DNA from: Eubacteriales bacterium
GTDB taxonomy: Bacteria; Bacillota; Clostridia; Oscillospirales; CAG-272
Length of the DNA stretch: 34,248 nt
Direction: 5' to 3'
Assembly (NCBI GenBank): GCA_045531105.1
Contig: JAZSDJ010000083.1
Span: 1-34,248, forward strand
Under the pieces are notes generated by a model. That model was not told where the DNA came from and ran no database searches. It saw only the letters and a program-made list of their open reading frames with translations. This document shows, piece by piece, positions 17,274 through 23,781 of the stretch. Each line of letters opens with the position of its first letter. Within the stretch, counting starts at the first letter, position 1. A program made the position numbers and the translations under genes.

Positions 17274-17541
17274 TTAGGAGAGATTCGAACTCTTTCTTAC
17301 TGTGTTGCCCATGGTTCGAGGGACGAGGCGACCGAGCGCATTCGGGGAATGATACAGCGAGGTCGGCGAGGTGGAGCAACCCAAAGAGCGCAAGTGCGCT
17401 TATCTGCACGAAGCGCGATTTGTTGGCTTGCGACAGGGCGCCGTAGGGCGCGCAAACGAGCGTCAAGGCGTTGAGAATTTATTTTCATAAGCCGAGCGAA
17501 GTTCTTTTTCGCAAGAAAAAGCCTATCTCACTTCTCCGCCA
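17274..17541 (+). repeat. GC-rich structured tRNA-linked element ending in a copy of the tRNA 3' end
   Basis: Begins with an inverted T-arm copy (17276-17292), contains several hairpins, and ends with CTTCTCCGCCA (17531-17541), identical to tRNA 17228-17238. Confidence 0.7.
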
Positions 17542-17557
17542 TGCTTTTAAATAACAG

Positions 17558-17586
17558 TTGCATTCTTTTGTTTTTCGTGATAAAAT
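17558..17586 (+). promoter_or_regulatory. SigA-type promoter of the 189-aa gene
   Basis: TTGCAT 17558-17563, 17 bp spacer, TGa-TAAAAT 17581-17586. Confidence 0.6.
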
Positions 17587-17616
17587 ATAATTAACTTTTA
17601 AATTAAGGAGAAAAAC

Positions 17617-18186
17617 ATGGACGGAGCGCAAGCGATAAGGGCGGAAAAGTTAAGAGCCGATTTGAGAAAAAGAGTTAAGCAAATCGATTACATAATGCAA
17701 AAGGTTACGCGCATTTCAACTTATAGTCAATTTGCCACCTTAAAGGTCTTTTATAACAGGCTTGAAAAGAAAAAGAAATACTTTGAAAACGCACTTACCA
17801 CACCCGCTGGTTGGGTTTCTTTTGAGTCCATTTCAAAGAACGAACGCTACACCGAATCGCTTCTTGTAGGCAATAGGCTTGAAGTGTTCGGCTTTGAGAT
17901 TGAATATGAGCAATTTGCCATACATTACGACAAGGGCTTTTTCGGGTTTTACCATCCAGACCGTTTTTTACTATTTGGAATTTCTCCCGAATATGTATTT
18001 TCAAGGGGAGAATATGGCAAGGACGATTACGCAAGGGTAAGAAGTGCCGTTCAAAACGACCCTTCTCTTATTCTTCGTGAAAGAGAAAAAGTTACTGCCT
18101 ATCTTAAAAAGGGCTGGGAGAGTTGTCCTTCAAAGCGAAGAGGCGAAGAGTTCCCTATTGACTTAACTATTCCAGAGGGTTATTAA
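17617..18186 (+). CDS. Hypothetical protein (189 aa)
   Basis: AAGGAG RBS and upstream promoter; basic helical N-terminus; no family recognised. Confidence 0.75.
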   Translation: MDGAQAIRAEKLRADLRKRVKQIDYIMQKVTRISTYSQFATLKVFYNRLEKKKKYFENALTTPAGWVSFESISKNERYTESLLVGNRLEVFGFEIEYEQFAIHYDKGFFGFYHPDRFLLFGISPEYVFSRGEYGKDDYARVRSAVQNDPSLILREREKVTAYLKKGWESCPSKRRGEEFPIDLTIPEGY

Positions 18187-18222
18187 TTTTTATAAGATAA
18201 AATTTAATGAGGAGGTGTTTTT

Positions 18223-19335
18223 GTGTTACCTGCTGATTTTCATTTGGAAAACAGGTTTTACTATTCAAGGTTAAATCCGAGCGAAAAACATTTATATGTT
18301 TTTATGGTTGAACTTCTTTTGAAAAGACAACGGCAATTTTTATATACCTTTGATGCGCAGATTTTCTCAACTTGCGAGGAATACAAAGGGCTTCCTTCAT
18401 TTTCATACAAAGACGAGAGCGACGATATAAACTACTACACTGTTTTCGAGGCAATTCGTTGGGACTGCCCTGAATTTTACTTTATATCTATGGGCGATCT
18501 CGATTGGAACAACCTTATTATTACTCTTGGCACAAATCAATGCCCCTACACTGACGAGGAAATGGACGAGATTGATAATAAACTTTACGGAATTTTGCAT
18601 AATTTCGACCACATTACCGACCCTTTTGAACTCGAACTTGAAGTTCACGACTATATAACAAGAAATTTTGACTATGAGTATAATTTTGCCCCTGAGGACA
18701 CGGAAAGTCACCACGGACGGGAATATGAGGAAATTTTCACCCCCGTTAGTCTTATCAAAACAGGGCGTGGTGTTTGTGGTGGAATTATTCGTTTGGCTCA
18801 ATTCATTTTTCAACGCAGAGGTCTTGAAGTTGTTAATATTCTGGCAAAGGCTGGCGAAGAGGGCAACAAACATGAACACTCTTGGCTTGGCATAAAACTT
18901 GGCGGACATTATTATCATCTTGATATAACCTTTAACGAGGGTAGCACGAATGATAAAACCCTCGCTCCATATGAGTATTTTAATGTGCCAACTGACGAAA
19001 TTCTTGACAGTCACGATTTTACCGCTGAGGATTACCCCGAAATCATATGCGACCACACGGAGTACAACTATTACAACAAATTCGGCTTATATTTTGAAAC
19101 ATATGAGCAAATAACCTTAGGTGTTGAAAAGCATCTTGACTCAATTCCTTTTAAACACGGCGAAACATATCATTTCTATTTTAAGCATCCGCGCTCTCTT
19201 GATGTTGAAAAGATAACAACCGCTCTTTGGCGGGCGATAGAACACAAAAAAATTGTGCTTTTTGAACGCGAGTTTGCCTACGACGATACAGATGGCTATT
19301 TTGTTTTAGAGTATCAGTTTGACAAATTTGAATAA
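18223..19335 (+). CDS. Transglutaminase-like (papain-fold Cys-His-Asp) domain protein
   Basis: GTG start after GAGGAGG; YYSRL...E..LY, D.PE.YF and VHDYI...FDY; triad motifs GVCGG, HSW and YYHLDIT; no signal peptide. Confidence 0.85.
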   Translation: MLPADFHLENRFYYSRLNPSEKHLYVFMVELLLKRQRQFLYTFDAQIFSTCEEYKGLPSFSYKDESDDINYYTVFEAIRWDCPEFYFISMGDLDWNNLIITLGTNQCPYTDEEMDEIDNKLYGILHNFDHITDPFELELEVHDYITRNFDYEYNFAPEDTESHHGREYEEIFTPVSLIKTGRGVCGGIIRLAQFIFQRRGLEVVNILAKAGEEGNKHEHSWLGIKLGGHYYHLDITFNEGSTNDKTLAPYEYFNVPTDEILDSHDFTAEDYPEIICDHTEYNYYNKFGLYFETYEQITLGVEKHLDSIPFKHGETYHFYFKHPRSLDVEKITTALWRAIEHKKIVLFEREFAYDDTDGYFVLEYQFDKFE

Positions 19336-19359
19336 AAGCCCTCAACCACATTAAAATTT

Positions 19360-19388
19360 AAAAGAACGGACATAATGTCCGTTCTTTT
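19360..19388. terminator. Bidirectional intrinsic terminator
   Basis: AAAAGAACGGACA-taa-TGTCCGTTCTTTT between convergent genes. Confidence 0.85.
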
Positions 19389-19407
19389 CTATTCTTATAA
19401 TGAATTT

Positions 19408-20382
19408 TTATGGGTGACATTTTCCACACGCCTCATAGCCGTCGGCAATTATGTTCTCTCTTGTGTCGTGACGGTCTTGGCGATTTGCTTGTGACATTTC
19501 AGTAGCAGACGAACAAGTTGGCAAGTGGAATTTCTTTGTATTAGTATTAAGGACATAGTCCTTTTCTTCTCCGTTTACTGTTGAGGTGCTTTGAGTTTCT
19601 TGCTCACTCGATGCATTTTCGCTACTTGACGCATCTGGTTGAGGAGAGATAATTTCGTCACCTTGTGCCAAACGGCTTTCACCTGTGGCATAATTTATGT
19701 AAATCATTGGTTGAACATTATAGAAATATACATTGAACGAGATTCCGTCGCCCTCGTCCTCTACGGAATATGCCTCAACCTGTACACCACTTGCAACAAG
19801 GTTATTTCCTGCGTAAAGTGGAGTTACGCGATACATTACATGGTTATTTGTTTCCTTGATATAGTCGGCAACTTGATTCTCGAAAAGGAGCATTCCCTCG
19901 TTGTTTAGATATCTTGTGCCTGTGATAAGGTTCTTGTTGTTTGCATTTTCACCTGTCAACTGAAAGCCTATCAAATGGCAACGATTATAAAGATATTTTC
20001 CCTCTACACAATCGTATTGCGCTTGCTTCCAACCCGAAGGGTAAACGCTACTGATGCTTCCCCTGTCCTCAGTTGGCATAATTTCTTTGCCTATGCATGC
20101 CTCTGCGTAGCCACATCTGCCAAGAGAGTCAAGTTCACTATAAAATTCGTAAGCGGTTGTTGTAATTTCGTCTGCGGTGAAGTTCGGCACGCCACCATTT
20201 ATGTGAACATAAACATTTCCCGAATATGCAGGAATATTGTCTATTGTGCCAGAGCCAACCTCGGCAGACGAAGTGCTTGATTGTTCGCTTGAACTACTTG
20301 TCTCGGTTGCGAGAAAATCACAACCTATAAATGACATACAAAGCACTAAAAGAAGTGCTATCAAACTTAAAACTTTTCTCAT
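19408..20382 (-). CDS. Lipoprotein DNA/RNA non-specific endonuclease (EndA/streptodornase-like) with C-terminal Ada-like metal-binding domain
   Basis: Lipobox FIGC plus Ser-rich linker; LDSLGRC, YNRCHLIG, NLITGTRYLN, M..FEN, YRVTP.Y and FYNVQP; C-terminal YVLNTNTKKFH...C...GY..C..C.P. Confidence 0.9.
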   Translation of the reverse strand: MRKVLSLIALLLVLCMSFIGCDFLATETSSSSEQSSTSSAEVGSGTIDNIPAYSGNVYVHINGGVPNFTADEITTTAYEFYSELDSLGRCGYAEACIGKEIMPTEDRGSISSVYPSGWKQAQYDCVEGKYLYNRCHLIGFQLTGENANNKNLITGTRYLNNEGMLLFENQVADYIKETNNHVMYRVTPLYAGNNLVASGVQVEAYSVEDEGDGISFNVYFYNVQPMIYINYATGESRLAQGDEIISPQPDASSSENASSEQETQSTSTVNGEEKDYVLNTNTKKFHLPTCSSATEMSQANRQDRHDTRENIIADGYEACGKCHP

Positions 20383-20774
20383 CTCTTATAAACCTCTTTT
20401 GTTATTTTATCGTGTGAACTTCCAACAAACTCGCTCTTTTCAACCTTTTTAAAGGTCGAAAGGTCAAGTGTGCATTTCATATCTGAAAGATATTTTCTGT
20501 TCCATTTATAAATCACAACTTCGGAAATTTTATCTTCAAAAGTTGCAGGATTTATGTTCTCAACGAACACACTCTGCCCTTTTTTAACCTCTGATATGTC
20601 GTTTTTTAGTTCGTAATTTATGCCACTTGGTGCAACTAATTTTTCCGAAAATGGCAAAATCGCGATTTTTTCGTTTTCGTTTTTGATGTCCTCTAAAACC
20701 TTTGAATCTCGGCTCTGTCTTTTGCCACCGAAAATCATTCCTGAACTATCGTCTAAACAAATAATTACTCTCAT
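20379..20774 (-). CDS. Conserved hypothetical protein (131 aa) with a DHFR-like N-terminal strand
   Basis: AAAGGAG RBS; IICLDD..GM.F..RQSRD, FVEN, YKWNRKY..D and F.GSSH..ITKEVY; ATGA overlap with the nuclease gene. Confidence 0.8.
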   Translation of the reverse strand: MRVIICLDDSSGMIFGGKRQSRDSKVLEDIKNENEKIAILPFSEKLVAPSGINYELKNDISEVKKGQSVFVENINPATFEDKISEVVIYKWNRKYLSDMKCTLDLSTFKKVEKSEFVGSSHDKITKEVYKR

Positions 20775-20839
20775 AGTTTCTCCTTTGATGTTATTTATTA
20801 CATTTTACCATAGATACTTATAATTTACAAGTATAGGTA

Positions 20840-20868
20840 TTGAAAATCTTTTTCTTCTATGATAAAAT
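20840..20868 (+). promoter_or_regulatory. SigA-type promoter of the LRR gene
   Basis: TTGAAA 20840-20845, 17 bp spacer, TGa-TAAAAT 20863-20868. Confidence 0.6.
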
Positions 20869-20900
20869 GAAATTAATCAAGCGCTTTTGCGAGGTATCGT

Positions 20901-22556
20901 ATGGCTTTAAACGATTTTTATTATGAGAATTCTAAATTGGGTTATAAAATAACAGGGCTTAAAAATAAAGCCCTTTTTGACATTGTAATTCCCGAGGGCG
21001 CAGTTTCCATTGAGGAGAGAGCCTTTTACGAAAGCAATATAAAAAGCGTATACTTTCCAAAAAGCCTTTTGACAATAGAAAAGGAAGCCTTTTATAACTG
21101 TGAGAATCTTACAAGAATCGAATTTGATAAAGAGTGTGACCTTTTGTCAATCGCTTGGGGGGCGTTTTCCTACACAAGCATTGAAAAATTAACTCTGCCC
21201 AGTGTAAATTATATCGGTTATGAGGCGTTTAATTCCTGTTATTCTCTCACTGAGGTTAGAATTCCAAAAACAGTTTGCTTGCTTGACGCGTTTGTTTTTG
21301 GCTGTTGCGACTACCTTAAAAAAATAATTATTGAAAGAGACAAAATCCCTTCATCTTGGGACGAGGACTGGTCGGGGTGTCTTGCAAAAGTTGAGTTTAC
21401 AAGCAAATTAAGCACTTTAAGTAACCAAACAAATAAGGCTACTCAAACAAGTTCTTCTTTAAAGCCTACACCTACGCCTGTTATAAAGTCCACCCCCAAA
21501 CCTTCCCCTGTTATAAAACCTACACCCGTGTCAAAACCTACCCCTGTGGCAAAACCCTCCCCAAAAAAGGTTGAACCTCAAAAAGCAACCTCTTCCCTCG
21601 GCAGAAATGACGCATATGCAAAATATCGCTTGCCAAATGAGAATGAGGTCAAGTGCGTTTATGGTGATGAAGCGGTTCTTGATATGTTTGTGACTGAGCC
21701 ATACCCATACGGCAAGGGCGTGACTCTTGTTTGCATAAAGGATTTTAGAGTTGGCTTCTTTGAACTCAAACTTCCGTCGTGCGTAGCGATGCTCAAAGGC
21801 AATCTTTTTAAAAGACAAAGCCTTCTTACAAGAGTTATTTGCAATGAGGAACTTCAACTCATTGACATGGGGGCATTTTACGGCTGTTATTCTCTTAACG
21901 ACATTCAACTTTCAAAAAACACGGCTATTTCCTCTGATGCGTTTGAGGGATGCGAGGCGCTAACCAAGGCAAGAATCACAAAGAATGTACACAGTGGCGC
22001 TTATGCATATTGCGCTGGGCTTCGTGAGGTTGAAATTGATAGCGATGTCGACACAATTCCGTCGCGAATATTTAATGCATGTCACAGTCTTAAAAGCATA
22101 TACCTCCCCGACAATATAAAATACATTTCGAGTTATGCGTTTTCTTACTGTTCTAACCTTGAAAGCATAAGATTTAGCGACAATATTACATATATAGAAC
22201 AAGGCGCTTTTCGTGGATGCAGAAGGCTAAAAAGCCTTGTTTTGCCAAAAAATCTTACATGGCTTATGGAGGGCGCATTCCACGGATGTGACCATCTTGA
22301 AAGCATCACATTTAACGAAAAACTCACACATATTCCTACAAAAGCGTTCCTTTGTTGCGACTCGATAAAGACGCTTCGGATACCTGCAACTATTAAAAGA
22401 ATTGATAAAGAGGCGTTTAGTTCTGTTTCTCTTGAAGAAGTAATTATCGAAAAGCATTATGGCGACGACCCTCACAACTTCCCAAAGGGCTGGGACAAAG
22501 ATTGGCTATCTCGTGGCCCTTATCAAACAGTAAAAATAAGATTTGAATTTGTATAA
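20901..22556 (+). CDS. BspA-type leucine-rich repeat (LRR_5) protein with two LRR blocks and a Pro/Thr/Lys linker
   Basis: Repeated C..L..I.LP.....I...AF units; GAGGT RBS; no signal peptide or TM segment visible. Confidence 0.9.
   Translation: MALNDFYYENSKLGYKITGLKNKALFDIVIPEGAVSIEERAFYESNIKSVYFPKSLLTIEKEAFYNCENLTRIEFDKECDLLSIAWGAFSYTSIEKLTLPSVNYIGYEAFNSCYSLTEVRIPKTVCLLDAFVFGCCDYLKKIIIERDKIPSSWDEDWSGCLAKVEFTSKLSTLSNQTNKATQTSSSLKPTPTPVIKSTPKPSPVIKPTPVSKPTPVAKPSPKKVEPQKATSSLGRNDAYAKYRLPNENEVKCVYGDEAVLDMFVTEPYPYGKGVTLVCIKDFRVGFFELKLPSCVAMLKGNLFKRQSLLTRVICNEELQLIDMGAFYGCYSLNDIQLSKNTAISSDAFEGCEALTKARITKNVHSGAYAYCAGLREVEIDSDVDTIPSRIFNACHSLKSIYLPDNIKYISSYAFSYCSNLESIRFSDNITYIEQGAFRGCRRLKSLVLPKNLTWLMEGAFHGCDHLESITFNEKLTHIPTKAFLCCDSIKTLRIPATIKRIDKEAFSSVSLEEVIIEKHYGDDPHNFPKGWDKDWLSRGPYQTVKIRFEFV
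21462..21563 (+). repeat. Imperfect in-frame tandem repeats (about 18 bp) encoding a KPTPV/KPSPV linker
   Basis: AAACCTTCCCCTGTTATA, AAACCTACACCCGTGTCA and AAACCTACCCCTGTGGCA, plus degenerate flanking copies. Confidence 0.8.
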
Positions 22557-22577
22557 AACACCCATTAAGGAGTGCTT

Positions 22578-23678
22578 ATGGAAAGATGGAGCGAAAAAAA
22601 GGTATGGGAATGGTATAATTCTCGCCCTTGGATAAGAGGTTGCAACTATATGAGCGCTGACTGCGCTAACAGAGTTGACCAATGGCAAAGCCTCGGATTT
22701 GAAGAAAGATTTGAAACCACAGAGCGCGAACTTTCTCTTATGCGCGACCTTGGTTTTAACTCTGTAAGGCTTATTTTGGAATATGTAGTTTGGCGCGACG
22801 AGCATGACTCTTTTCTTGAAAGATTTGAGCGATATGTTGCTTTATGTGCTAAATATGGCATTTCTTGTATGATAGTCTTGGCAAACGACTGTATGCCACC
22901 AAAAACCGAACTTTGGCGCGAACCTTTTGTTGGTGAACAGACCTACGACATTGGCTATCACGGGGGCAAAAAGCACTCTCAACACGGAGCGCACAATGGT
23001 CCTGCGCCTCATTTTTATCTTGATGATGAAAAAACCGCAGAGGACTACTTTAAAATGGTAACGGAAATTGTAACTCTTTACAAGGACGATGAGCGCATTT
23101 TAATGTGGGATTTGTTCAATGAGCCAGGAAATAGCCGTCGCCGTGGAATTACAATGCCTAACCTTGTAAGAATGTTTGAGGTTGTAAGGGAAATAAATCC
23201 ATCTCAACCACTTACTGCTGGCGCGTGGTGGTTTGATGTTGCAAACGATTGCAAAATCGGGCAAGAAGAAAAGTATGCCATCGAAAACTCCGATATTATT
23301 ACATATCACTTCTATGGAAGATACGAGGAGCATATACAAGTTATTAAATTTTTAAAACAGTTTAACCGCCCGATTATAAACACAGAATGGCTTGCAAGAT
23401 GCACAAGCAACACGGTTTTTGACAACTTTCCTCTTTTCTATCTTGAAAAAATTGGTTGCTATAACTGGGGATTTGTGGCAGGAAAATATCAAACATACGA
23501 GCCTTATGAGGCGCATTGGAATTGGTATCGTGACGACAAAAACGCGCCCATCGACTTCACAAAATGGTTCCACGACCTCTATCGTCCAAGTCATCGCCCT
23601 TACGACCCGCACGAAACTGAACTCATTAGAAAATTCTGCACCTTGGCAGACAAAGACTTTGAAAAATCGAACAAATAA
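22578..23678 (+). CDS. Glycoside hydrolase, clan GH-A (GH5; resembles subfamily GH5_13)
   Basis: RWS...W.WY...PW..G.NY, GFNSVR, WDLFNEPGN (acid/base Glu), ITYHFY, INTEWLAR (nucleophile Glu), NWGFVAGK.QT and WFHDL. ATG 22578 follows AAGGAG; no signal peptide. Confidence 0.85.
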   Translation: MERWSEKKVWEWYNSRPWIRGCNYMSADCANRVDQWQSLGFEERFETTERELSLMRDLGFNSVRLILEYVVWRDEHDSFLERFERYVALCAKYGISCMIVLANDCMPPKTELWREPFVGEQTYDIGYHGGKKHSQHGAHNGPAPHFYLDDEKTAEDYFKMVTEIVTLYKDDERILMWDLFNEPGNSRRRGITMPNLVRMFEVVREINPSQPLTAGAWWFDVANDCKIGQEEKYAIENSDIITYHFYGRYEEHIQVIKFLKQFNRPIINTEWLARCTSNTVFDNFPLFYLEKIGCYNWGFVAGKYQTYEPYEAHWNWYRDDKNAPIDFTKWFHDLYRPSHRPYDPHETELIRKFCTLADKDFEKSNK

Positions 23679-23685
23679 AGCAAGC

Positions 23686-23708
23686 AAAAGCCCTCAAAAA
23701 GGGTTTTT
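23686..23708 (+). terminator. Probable intrinsic terminator after the GH5 gene
   Basis: AAAAGCCCT-caaaa-AGGGTTTTT. Confidence 0.6.
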
Positions 23709-23721
23709 GTTTCTCTTTTAG

Positions 23722-23750
23722 TTGATTTTCCCTTATATATATGATATCAT
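23722..23750 (+). promoter_or_regulatory. SigA-type promoter
   Basis: TTGATT 23722-23727, 17 bp spacer, TGa-TATCAT 23745-23750; the ORF-track TTG start coincides with the -35 box. Confidence 0.55.
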
Positions 23751-23781
23751 AGAATTAAGATTTCACTTTCAGGGGGTAAAT

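Noticed and set aside
17122-17488. Three short ORFs (114, 72 and 63 aa) over the tRNA and downstream element
   Set aside because: They overlap the tRNA or the GC-rich hairpin region, lack an RBS, and are open only because GC-rich sequence has few stop codons.
20379-20774. Ribonuclease Z label for the 131-aa protein
   Set aside because: It is far too short and lacks the HxHxDH metallo-beta-lactamase motif.
23722-23781. N-terminal 20-codon extension of the 687-aa ORF
   Set aside because: The TTG start is the -35 box of a promoter; ATG 23782 has the RBS.
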